Below, in pieces: positions 37,985 to 49,037 of a stretch of DNA of 63,963 bases (position 1 is the stretch's first letter; each line of letters opens with the position of its first letter). Source of the stretch: Okamejei kenojei (taxonomy: Eukaryota); contig CM069172.1 in assembly GCA_035221665.1 (NCBI GenBank), positions 5,208,038 through 5,272,000 on the forward strand. Reading direction: 5' to 3'. The notes under the pieces were generated by a model. The model was not told where the DNA came from and made no database searches. It saw only the letters and a program-made list of their open reading frames with translations. The position numbers and the translations under genes are program-made.

Positions 37985-38371
37985 GCCCGATCGCAGTGGC
38001 GGAGCCCAAAGGTACGTTACAGGAGCGCGTTGAGGCTGTCACCAGCGGCATCGTGCTGCAGCTTGGAGTAGTTGGCTGTATCCATAACGGAAAATCCGAA
38101 ATACCATTTTGGATCGTCTGGGTCACAAAATGTCCAAACGTGTGCACAAACGTTTTTATTAAGACATTGCAGGTTTGGCATACACACGTGTCATTGTTCT
38201 TGCTGTCGAACGAGGTTGTTGACTCGCGATCTCGAGCTAAGTTTCTGCTGTTGTAGGACACACCCCTTAACTGATGACCTTCTCTTCCCGCTAAACGCAG
38301 TCATTTGACCGCTCCAGTTCTGTTGATAAGGGTTCGATCAGTAAGTGGCTTGACCACCAGGTGGCGCCACA
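37985..38371 (-). mobile_element. Complete 5' LTR (38131-38371), PBS and gag start of the old Gypsy element, duplicated copy
   Basis: Reverse complement matches the LTR at 30467-30733 and the segment 24304-24507. Confidence 0.82.
38351..38369 (+). promoter_or_regulatory. CTCF-like motif in the LTR
   Basis: TGACCACCAGGTGGCGCCA. Confidence 0.6.
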
Positions 38372-38449
38372 GATTTTGTTTCTGTCGGACTGACCTGCCG
38401 ACTAATGTCGATGCTTTTGCACCGCCTCCTTACTGCCTCTCGGTCTAGT

Positions 38450-38790
38450 ATGAATATTGATTTCTCTAACTTCAAGTAACCCCTGCATTCCCTCCCTCCC
38501 CCACCCAAGTCGTACCAGCATCACGTTCTCACCTATTAAACTGCTAACAATGGCTTGGTTCCTTTACCATTAGTACTATTTTTACGTATCTTTCATTAAT
38601 TTGTTTTATATCTCTCTACATCACCGTCCATATCTCTTGTTTCCATCTCCCCTGACTCTCAGTCTGAAGAAGGGCCTCGACCCGAAACGTCACCCATTCC
38701 TTCTCTACAGAGATGCTGCCCATCCCGCTGAGTTACTCCAGTACTTTGTGTCTAACCCCCACAGATCCGCTGAGTTCCTCCAACACTTTG
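38450..38790 (+). mobile_element. Penelope-like terminal fragment with hammerhead-like core
   Basis: MNIDFSNF end of ORF, then CTGAAGA-agggcc-tc-gaccc-GAAA-cg-TC at 38664-38691. Confidence 0.6.
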
Positions 38791-38799
38791 CCTGAAGAC

Positions 38800-40191
38800 A
38801 GCTACCATAGTGCCAGTGCCAAAAAGTCTAAGGACTACCGCCCGGTTGCCCTAACTCCAATACCAATGAAGTGCTTTGAAAGGCTGGTCCTCTCCCACAT
38901 CAAATCCAGCATCCCTGCATCATTGGACTCTCATCAATTTGCATACAGGGCAAATAGATCCACAGAGGATGCCCTCTCTGTGGCTCTTCACACTGTCTTG
39001 ACCCACCTGGAAAGACAGGGCAGCTACGTAAGGATTCTCATCATTGATTATAGCTCTGCCTTCAATACGTTCATCCCCACCAAGCTCACCACCAAACTCC
39101 ACCAGCAAGGCCTCAGCTCACTGATATGCGATTGGATCCTGAACTTCCTGACGGAGCGACCGCAAGCAGTGAGACTGGAGCCGCATCTGTCCTCCACTAT
39201 CACCCTGATCTGTGTACTGTGTCCCATGCTGTACTCCCTCTTCACTCACGACTGTGTTCCTGCATTTGACACCAACACCATTGTCAAGTTTGCAGATGAC
39301 ACAACGGTGATCGGGTTGATCACCAACGGTGATGAAACAAAGTACAGAGCGGAGGTGCAGAACCTGGCGGACTGGTGCTCACAGAACAACTTGTCACTAA
39401 ACACCTCCAAGACCAAGGAGCTGATTATTGACTTCAGGAGGTCACAGAATGGGGAATACGCCCCAATCTCCTTCTATGGAGACAGTGTGGAGAGAGTGTC
39501 CAGCTTTAAGTTTCTGGGCACTCACATCTCAGAGGAGCTCACATTGTGCACCAACACCGCTGCGCTGGTCAAAAAGGCACTGCAACGACTGTTCTTCCTA
39601 AGAACATTGAAACGGACTAGTCTGCCCCAACAGCTGCTGACGACATTCTACCACTGCACGACAGAGAGCATACTAACGTATGGCATTTCTGTGTGGTATC
39701 TCAGCTGCACGGAGGCCGGAGAGAAGAGCTCTTCAGCGCGCCATCCACAGAGCTCAAAAGATCATTGGGGCACCGCTACCAGCCTTGGAGGGCATCTACC
39801 ACACCCGGTGCCTTAGGAAGGCCGTCAGCATCCATAAAGACCCTTGTAATGGACTGTTCGAACTACTCCCTTCCAGCAGTCGCTACAGGGCCTTCTACAC
39901 CCGCACCTCCAGACTCAGGAACAGCTTCATTCACAGAGCTATAGCGGCTTAGAAACGGCCCTGCTGAGTGCTCCCCACCCCTATGGACTGTCTCCCTCAG
40001 ATGGTCATGTCGCACAAACACATCTGCACCTTAGTCTGTTTTGGTTTTGACTGTTTTACTGTTCTAATGTACTTTCACTAACCTTGTTTTCGGGGTATCT
40101 AAATCTACATTTTATTCATCGTTTAAGTTATGACATCGGATGGAGTTGCAAACTTAATCTCGTTGCACTTATGTGTAATGACAATAAAATA

Positions 40192-40232
<41 letters not shown>
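38800..40232 (+). mobile_element. 5'-truncated Rex1/Babar-type LINE, RT largely open, (TTA)n tail
   Basis: ORF 38713-39816: [36 protein letters not shown]. Confidence 0.9.
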
Positions 40233-40234
<2 letters not shown>

Positions 40235-40359
40235 TCCTCAATGAATAAAGAGAGTGTTTTGCACCCTCACCTCTGAGGAACTCATATTGAATGGCAGTGC
40301 AGGCTCGAAGGGCGGAATGGCCTGCTCCTGCACCTAATTTCTATGTTTCTGTTTCTATG

Positions 40360-43300
40360 TTCATAAACTGTAAACCCTTCTACTCTCCGAGGGAATTTAA
40401 CTCCTTTATTCTCGCTGGAGTTTACATTCCCCCCCAAGCCTGCTTATGTGAGGCGCAAACGCAACTCGCTGACCAGGTAATGAGGGTAGAGAGTGACTTC
40501 CCGGACTCCATGGTCATTGTTTTGGGGGAGTTTAACAAAGCTAACCTCAGCCGTGACCTTCTAAAATACAGACTTCATGTTACCTGCCCACCAGAGGGGA
40601 GAGAGAACACTCGATCACTGTTTATACGGCAATCAAGAGCGCATATCGCTCTATTCCCGGGCGGGTCTGGGTCTTTTCTGATCATTGTCTAGTTCACCTT
40701 ATTCCGACCTACAGGCAGAAACTAAAATCTGCTAAACCTGTGGTCAGAACAACAAAAAGGTGGACAAGCGAGGGCATTGAGAACCTACAATCCTGCTTTG
40801 ATTGCACGGATTGGAATGTGTTCAGGGAAGCAACCACAAGCCTCGATGAGTATGCGGACAGTGTATCATAATATGTCAGCTTTTGTGAGGACAGTTGCAT
40901 TCCAACTAAGACCCGGACATGGTTCAGCAACAACAAGACCTGGTTCACTGCAGAACTCGGGCAGCTCCAACGGTCTAAAGAGGAGGCCTACAGAAGCGGG
41001 GATGCAGACCTCTACAGGCAGGCCAAGTACCAGCTGAGAAGATGAATCAGAGCTGCCAACGAAAAGTTGAGGAGAAGTTGAGGAGCAAGTTCTGAGAAGT
41101 TGAGGAGCAAGTTCTCAGCTAGTGACTCTTCTTCAGTTTGGTAGGGCTTGCAAGAAATTACCAGCTACAAGAGGAAAGTCCCCGCTCTTCGGACAATCAT
41201 CAGCTGACCAACGACCTAAATGAATTTTACAGCAGGTTTGAAAATCAGAAACGTAACCCTGACATTTTATCATTAATGTTTTATTATTATTGTTTAGTGT
41301 TTTCTGAGTCATTCGTAACTGTCACTGTATGTCATGTTGTTACTTGTGGGCGGAGCACCAGGCAAATTCCTTGTACGTGAATACTTGGCCAATAAACTTA
41401 CTTACTTACTTATTTACTTAACCATTTACTGATAAAAGAATACTTCCTTATTCTACTTCCGTTTCCAGATGCTAATCTACTCCTCTACACATTTGTGTTC
41501 TCCACACAGTGACAGCCACTGAGGATGAGGACACTGGTCCCCTGAGTGTTTGTTTGTTTACTGCAGGTTTGAAAATCAGAAACGTAACCCTGGTGCCCCC
41601 TCCCCCTCTCCCCCCTCACACCAACCAACACAGCCAGACCCCATTCTACAAAGAATGGACCTGCACCCTTTCCTTCCCATTCACCACTTCACACCTACTT
41701 AAGGCAGGACTGCAGTATGAAAAGACTGGACCATTTCCCAACCAACCAACCAACACTTCACACCCACTCGCAGCCTGACCTCAGTCTGCAAAGACTGGGC
41801 CCTTCTACACCCACCCCCCCGCCAATCACCACTTCACAGCCAATTACCCACATCCTCCTTGCTGAACAACATCACTTCATCAACAATAAAAAAAGGAGGC
41901 GGAGAGGCTTTTCAGAAGACAAAAAAGCCTGAAATCTCCATGACATCTCCAGGACCTGACAATGTGTTCCCCTCTACTCTTAAGCTCTGTGCCAAAGCAA
42001 CGGTCTATACAGACATTTTTAAACCAGTCCATGCAAACATGTACTGTCCCTGCCTGCTTCAAAGTCTCCACTATTGTCCCTGTACCCAAAAAGGCAAGGA
42101 TTACTTGTCTTATTGACTACAGGCATGTTGTACTGACCTCTGTAGTCATGAAGACACTTGAAAGGCTTGTGCTGGCCAAGTTGAAAAATATCACGATTCT
42201 CCCTATGCAGTTCGCATATCTGGCCAATAGATCTGTGGATGACGCAGTCAACCTGGGCCTGCACTTCATCCTACAGCACCTAGACCGCCAGGGGAAACAT
42301 GCGAGGATCTTGTTTGTTGATTTTAGCTCTGCATTCAACACCATTGTGCCAGTGCTATTACACTCCAAACTTTCCAAGTTGACTGTGCGTGAACCCCTCT
42401 GTCGGTGGATCACCAGCTGCCTGACAGACTGGAAGCAGCGTGTGAGGCTGGGAAAGCACATCTCGGACCCGAAAACGCTCAGCATAGGAGCATCGCAAGG
42501 TGCTCTCCTCTCCTCTACTCTCTCTACGCCAACGACTGCACCTCCACAGACACCTCTGTCAAGCTTCTCAAGATTGCGTATGACACAACCCTGATTGGAC
42601 TGATCCAGGATGGGGAGGAATCCGCCTGCAGACAGGAAGTGTCACAGCTGGGGTCCTGGTGCCATCGCAATAACCTAGAGCTCAATGCTCTTAAGACAGT
42701 GGAATTGATTGTACACTTTAGTAGAGCTCCCCCTCCCCTCACCCCACTCAACATCAACAACACCACAGTCACATCTGTGGAGTATTTTAAGTTCCTGGGA
42801 ACCATCATATCCAAGGATCTTAAGTGGGGGGCTACCAAAGGCAAAACAGAGGATGTACTTCCTACGGCAGCTGAGGAAGCACAATCTGCCACTTGCAATG
42901 ATGGTCCAGTTCTACACGGCCATCGTAGAGTCTGTTCCAACCTTCTCCATCATTGCCTGGTTTGGCTCAGCCACCAAGCACGACGCCTGGAAGCTGCAGC
43001 GAATCGTCCGATCAGCTGAGAAGGTTATTTGCTGCAACCTTCCCTCCATTGATGAACTGTATACTGCAAGGGCCAGGAGGTGAGTGGCCAAAATCGTCCT
43101 CTGACCCCTCTCACCTGGCCACATACTCTTTGAATCACTACCCTCAGACTGTCAAAGCTGCCACAGCCAGACACAAAAACAGTTTTTATCCACGAGTAGT
43201 TTGCTCTACTCAACAGCCAAAAATCTGTTGCCTCCCTTTGATCTGGTATTTTGTTGGTTCTCATGCTTGATCAATGGTGTTTCATCATTAATGTTTTATT

Positions 43301-43440
43301 ATTATTATTGTTTAGTGTTTTCTGAGTCATTCATAACTGTCACTGTATGTCATGTTGTTACTTGTGGGCGGAGCACCAAGGCAAATTCCTTGTATTGTGA
43401 ATACTTGGCCAATAGACTTACTTACTTACTTATTTACTTA
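40360..43440 (+). mobile_element. Rex1/Babar-type LINE, right-arm copy (no DIRS insertion, 5' part deleted)
   Basis: Mirror of 13328-20555; (CTTA)n tail at 43417-43440. Confidence 0.88.
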
Positions 43441-43449
43441 ACCGTTTGC

Positions 43450-43605
43450 TGATAAAAGAATACTTCCTTATTCTACTTCCGTTTCCAGATGCTAATCTAC
43501 TCCTCTACACATTCGTGTTCTCCACACAGTGACGGCCGCTGAGGATGAGGACACTGGTCCCCTGAGTGTTTGTCAGTCGATACTCGACCAGCGGGTAGAA
43601 CCCAG
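43450..43605 (+). promoter_or_regulatory. Putative promoter and non-coding first exon of the right Siglec-like gene
   Basis: Unique sequence right after a LINE tail with TGATAA (GATA), two ACTTCC (Ets core) and CAGATG (E-box) within ~45 bp, then a CAG|GTACGT donor at 43605/43606. The leader exon has an upstream acceptor, so a 5' exon is needed. TSS is inferred. Confidence 0.5.
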
Positions 43606-45777
43606 GTACGTAATTCCGTGTCTGTCGCTCGTTCCCACGAACAACCACCAGTTCAGCTGAGTTGCGACTTTGTGCAGAGTCTGATCACTGAAATATTTTG
43701 TGTATTAATGTAACTACAGATGCTGGTTCACACCGAAGATAGACACAAGGCGCTGGAGTAACTCAGCGGGAGAAGAAGTATCTCTGGGTAGAAGAAGGGT
43801 CTTGACCCGAAGTGTCACCCATTTCTTCTATCCAGAGTCTAGAGATATGGAAGGGTAAGGTGTGAAAACCTATTCCTTCTCTCCAGAGATGCTGCCTGTC
43901 CCATTGAGTTAAGCCAGCATTTTGTGTCTAACCGGTTTAAACCAGCATCTGCAGTTCCATCCTACACATGATTACAATTGTTCCATTTACAGTGTACAGA
44001 TAGGGGAATAGCGTTTAGTGCAAGGTAAAACCAGCAAAGTCTGATCAAGGATAGTCCGAGGGTCATCAAAAAGGTAGACAGTAGTTCAGCGCTGCTCTCT
44101 GGGTGTAGTAGAATGATTCAGTTGCCTGTAACAGCTGGGAAGAAACTGTCCCCGAATCTGAGAATTGGAGAGACGGAATGGGTGATGTTTTGGGTCAAGA
44201 CCGTTTTTTAGACTGAGAGTCAGGGGAGAGAGGGAGGCACAGAGAGAAGGAAGTGAAGGTGTGAAAACAAGACAAAGGGAATGAGGTTGGATGAAAATGT
44301 AGAATAAATCATTGTTAGCTAGGAGAAGGTGACAACGAAGCAAACACAGATAAGATTTAATCAAGGGAACGGTCAGACTGGTCGTAGAATAGGAAAGGGG
44401 AGGGATGGAGAAAGAGGGAAAGCAAGGCTACAAAGTTAGAGAAGTCGATAATCGTACCGATGTAAGCTGCCCAAGCGAAATATGCGGTGCTGTTCCCTAA
44501 TTTGTGTTGGGCCTGACTCTAACAGTGAAGGAGGCCCAGGACAGAAAGGTATCTCTGTGTCTCCCTCACTCCCCTATTAAAACATTCTTGAATCTGGACT
44601 CTTGACCTGCTTGGGTTTTTTTCTGGCTTCCTCACACATTTCAATGACATGCAGGTTTGTTGGCTAATTGACTTGGCAAAATTGTAAATTGTCCCTAGCG
44701 TGTGTAGGATAGTGTTAGTGTGCGGGGATCGCTGGTCGGCACGAACTCGGTGGGTCGAAGGGCCTGTTTCCACGTTGCATCTCTAGACTAAACATAGAAC
44801 TAGTGTGTGAACGGGTGATCGATGGTCGGTGCAGAGACGTTGGGCTTTGGGAGTCTCTCTGCTATAGCTCTAAACTAAACTAAGCTCTCAGCAATTTCTT
44901 GTGGTCTTGGGCAGAGCTGGTCACAAACCAAAGTGTGATGCAACCCAACAGTGTTCTTTCACAGTTCATGTGGAGAAGTTGCTGTGTCACTGGAGAAATG
45001 CCAAATTCCTTCATCTTTTGAGCAAGATGAGACATCAGTTTGCTTTATTGACCACAGCTTCAATGTAGTTGGTGCAGTGTATGTTGTTGGTGATATTTAC
45101 GGACATGTGATAGGAGCAGAAATTAGTCCATTCAGCCCATCAAATCTACTCCGCCTTTTAATCATGGCTGATCCATCCCTCCCTCCTAATCCCATTCTCC
45201 TGCCTTCTCCCCATAACCCCTGACACCCTTACGATTCACAATCTATCTATCTCTGCCTTAACATTATCCATTGACTGGGTCGCCACAGCCTTCTGTGCCA
45301 AAGAATTCCACAGATTCACCACCCTCTCACTAAATATATTCCTCCTCATCTCCTTCCTAAAAGAAAATCTAATTCTGAGGCTATGACCTCTCCCACTAGT
45401 GGAAAAGTCCTATCCACATCCACTCTATCTAAGCCTTTCACTATTCGGTAAGATTCAATGCGGTCCTTCCTCATTCTTCTAAACTCCAGCTAGTACAGGC
45501 CCAGTGCAGTCAAACGCTCTCATATGTAAACACACTCATTCCTGGGACCATTCTTGTAAGCCCCCTCTGGACCCTCTCCAGAGCCAGCACATCCTTCATC
45601 AGATAAAGGGCTCATAATTACTCACAATATTCCAAATGCGGCCTCACCAGCGCCTCATAGAGCCTCAGCATTGCATCCATGTTGCTTAATGTATATTGGT
45701 CGCTGGAGTTTTACTGAAATAACTTTCTCTTCCAGACCGGGAGATCAGGTAACTGACGGGAAATCTGTGATCGGACA

Positions 45778-45817
45778 ATGATCGGGAGATCGTTCTTCCT
45801 CCTCTCCCTTCTCCAAG
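45778..45817 (+). CDS. Siglec/MAG-like gene (right copy): signal-peptide exon, MIGRSFFLLSLLQ
   Basis: Acceptor ttccag at 45735, ATG at 45778, hydrophobic leader, phase-1 donor G|gtacca; joins in frame to AVVSGEWG. Confidence 0.85.
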
Positions 45818-45848
45818 GTACCATCAGCAGCAACTCAGTAGTGTTTAC

Positions 45849-46246
45849 GGGGAGTGATGCACTGGGGGAGGGGCGGTGAGGAGGGAGTGATGCACTGGGG
45901 GAGGGGCGGTGAGGAGGGAGTGATCACTGGGGGAGGGGCGGTGAGGAGGGAGTGATGCACTGGGGGAGGGGCGGTGAGGAGGGAGTGATGCACTGGGGGA
46001 GGGGCGGTGAGGGAGGGAGTGTGATCACTGGGGGAGGGGCGGTGAGGAGGGAGTGATGCACTGGGGGAGGGGCGGTGAGGAGGGAGTGATCACTGGGGGA
46101 GGGGCGGTGAGGAGGGAGTGATCACTGGGGAGGGGCGGTGAGGAGGGAGTGATCACTGGGGGAGGGGCGGTGAGGAGGGAGTGATCACTGGGGGAGGGGC
46201 GGTGAGGAGGGAGTGATCACTGGGGGAGGGGCGGTGAGGGGGGGAG
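45849..46246 (+). repeat. 32-33-bp G-rich minisatellite (~12 units) in the leader-to-V intron of the right gene
   Basis: Unit ggagggagtgat(g)cactgggggaggggcggtga. Confidence 0.95.
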
Positions 46247-46380
46247 GCTCTACCACTACACCACGATGCCGCTCTTCTACGCTCTGTTCACACCAGGTCC
46301 ACAGCGCAGGATAAAAGGTGTGGAAAGTCCAGTGAACTGACAGGGTGTTCACTGCTAAAGATTGTTCCTTCTCTCCTCAG

Positions 46381-46746
46381 CCGTGGTGTCGGGAGAGTGG
46401 GGTGCGGACAATCCACAAGCTGTGACAGCGCAGAATGGTTTATGTGCACGGATTCCGTGTCACTACACGTACCCGTCGAAACTGAACAATGAATCACGGA
46501 CTGGAATCTGGTATAACGGTGATAAGAAGAACGAAGATTCTGTCGCCTTCCACTCCGGGGATCACAGTCTAGAATCAACAAAGTTTCAGCATCGGACCCG
46601 GCTGTCAGGAGTCCTGAGAGACAACGACTGTTCCCTGGTTATAGACAACGTCACGCAGCAAGATGCAGGATCTTATTATTTCAGAGTTGATTTTGGAGGG
46701 AAAGATTGTTACAGCTACCACTCTGTAACACAGCTCAATGTTATTG
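46381..46746 (+). CDS. Siglec/MAG-like gene (right copy): V-set sialic-acid-binding domain exon
   Basis: cag| ... |gtaagt, 366 nt, phase 1-1. Siglec V-set motifs: W-G near N-terminus, GLCxxIPC, IWY, DCSLVI, DAGSYYFRVD (F-strand Arg) and G-strand YSY. Confidence 0.93.
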
Positions 46747-47202
46747 GTAAGTGCTCTGTATAATTCACTCATTCACTCAACAGTTTCTCCCAGCTGTTAT
46801 CAGGCAACTGAACCATCCTACCACAACCAGAGAGCAGTGTTGAACGACTGTCGACATCACTGGTGACCCATCGGGCTATCCTTGATTGGACTTTGCTGGC
46901 TTTACCTTGCACTAAACGTTATTCCCTTATCACGTATCCATACTCTGCAAATGGCTCGATTGCAATCATGTATAGTCTTTCTGCTGAGGCAGATAGTAGT
47001 TCAGAACCTCTCTCTGGTTGTGGTAGGATGATTCAGTTGCCTGATAACAGCTGGGAAGAAACTGTCCCTGAATCTGGAGGTGGGCGTTTTCACACTTCTA
47101 TACCTTGTAAAGACATCCTTGCTCCTGTGGGACTGGGATTTCGATGTGAACCGATCTATCCAGTGATATTTAACTAAAAGTATTTGTTTCTCTGTGTGTT
47201 AG

Positions 47203-47496
47203 ATTTCACGGATAAACCCACGATATTCCCTGCTGAATTGGTGGCAGGAAAGCCTGGGAACATGACCTGCTCCTTCAACACCACGTGTAATGGAACGGCA
47301 CCCACCTTAACCTGGGTCACCCCCGCTGATGAACCACCGTCAGCCTCTAACAGCGTAACTCAGCAGGGTGACACTCTGACATATACTTCTGTTCTGTCCC
47401 TGACCCCAGCGCTCAAACATCACGGGCAAAACCTCACCTGCAGAGTCAGATACCCAACTGTGTCATCAGAGCAGACCCTCACAATGATTGTGCAAT
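47203..47496 (+). CDS. Siglec/MAG-like gene (right copy): C2-set domain exon a
   Basis: tag| ... |gtaagt, 294 nt, phase 1-1; DKPTI..LVAG...TCS....C.G..PTLTW...SVLSLTP...HHGQ.LTCRV, typical Siglec domain 2 including the extra Cys. Confidence 0.93.
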
Positions 47497-48373
47497 GTAA
47501 GTACGGAGATCGTTTATTGTGCAGGAACAGCAATAATCTATTAGCAGTGCTGGTATATACGGTCATAGACGATAGGTGCAGAGTTAGGCCATTCGGCCCA
47601 TCAACTCTACCATTCAATCATGGCTGATCAATCTCTCTCTCTCCTAACCCCTTTCTTCTGCCTTCTCCCCATATCCTCTGACACCCGTACTAATCAAATC
47701 AACACCAAAAGCTGGAGAAACTCAGCAGGACAGGCTGCATCTCTGGAGAGAAGTAATGGGTGACGTTTCGGGTCGAGAGCCATCTTCAGAATGAAAGTCA
47801 CGTGAAAGGGAAACGAGAGATATAGACGATGATGTAGAGAGATGTAGGGCCTACCTGATCTCCCGGTTGCTAAACACATTAATTCTCCTTCCCATTCCCA
47901 CACTGAACTTTCTGTCCTCAGACTCCACCATTGTCAGATTGAGGTTAAATGCAAATTGGAGGATCAGCGTCTCATATTTTGCTTGGGCAGTTTACAGGCC
48001 AGGGGTATGTATATTGATTTCTCTAACTTCCAGTAGCCCCGGCATTCCCTCTCTCTCCATCCCTCCCCCACTCAAGTCGCATCAGCTTCTCGTTCTCACC
48101 AACAAACAGCTAACAACGGCCTGTTTCCTTTATCATTGTTAACCTTTTGCATATCTTTCATTCTTTGTTCTATATCTCTCTACACCATCGTCTATATCTC
48201 TTATTTCCCTAAAGATAGAACTAGTGTGTGAACGCATGGCCGATGGTCGGCACGGACTCCGTGGGCTGAAGGGCCTATTTCCGCAGTGTATCTCTAAAGT
48301 CTGAAGACTAAAGTATTTTACAAGGATCACGGAACTGCTGCAAAACTGGTACCTGAATTTTTTCTGTTTGCAG

Positions 48374-48655
48374 ACGCCCCCCAGAATCTCTCAATCACTT
48401 TCCCCAACAACGTGAACAATTCCTGGGTTAGTATAAAGGAAGGAAACTCTGCAGCGATCCTCTGCTCCGTGCAGAGTTTCCCAGCGTCTAACCTGACGTG
48501 GGGACATCTCGGTGTCACGCTGAACACTACACGTTCCAGCAACGAGCTGAGGATGGAGTTCCCTCAGCTGACAGGGAAGGATGCTGGGGTGTATCAGTGT
48601 GTGGCGGAGAATGAACATGGGACAGCAGAGAGGGATGTGACCCTCACTGTAGAAT
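48374..48655 (+). CDS. Siglec/MAG-like gene (right copy): C2-set domain exon b
   Basis: cag| ... |gtgagt, 282 nt, phase 1-1; YAPQNLSI...EGNSAAILCSVQSFPASNLTW...DAGVYQCVAENEHG. Confidence 0.92.
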
Positions 48656-48727
48656 GTGAGTAGACACACACTGTCATGTCTATGTAAAGGCAGATGGTTT
48701 ATTGGTCGATGAGAGATGCTGGAATTC

Positions 48728-49004
48728 ACTACACACACACACACTCACACACGCACACACACACTCACTCACACACACTCACTCACACACACTCACTCAC
48801 ACACACACTCACACACACACACATTCTCTGGGGTGGGAGATTGCAACCTTCACGTGGACCGCCCTGTTTCGAGTTGTCGACAACTTTAGCTGTGCACGTC
48901 ATACGCAAGAAGAAGACACACACTCTCTCACACACACACTCACTCACTCACACTCTCTCACACACACTCTTTCACACTCACACTCACTCAATCACACACT
49001 CACC

Positions 49005-49037
<33 letters not shown>

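Noticed and set aside
38265-38355. C/D snoRNA or Pol III gene (CTGATGA, GGTTCGATC)
   Set aside because: Boxes are imperfect and the segment is part of the old Gypsy LTR.
43545-43565. ATG in the first exon as the translation start
   Set aside because: It is followed by an in-frame TGA after six codons; at most a short uORF. The signal peptide starts at 45778.
46381-46800. Rearranging Ig/TCR/IgNAR V segment
   Set aside because: The V exon includes its own G strand, has the Siglec Cys pattern and ends in a splice donor; no RSS heptamer-nonamer follows.
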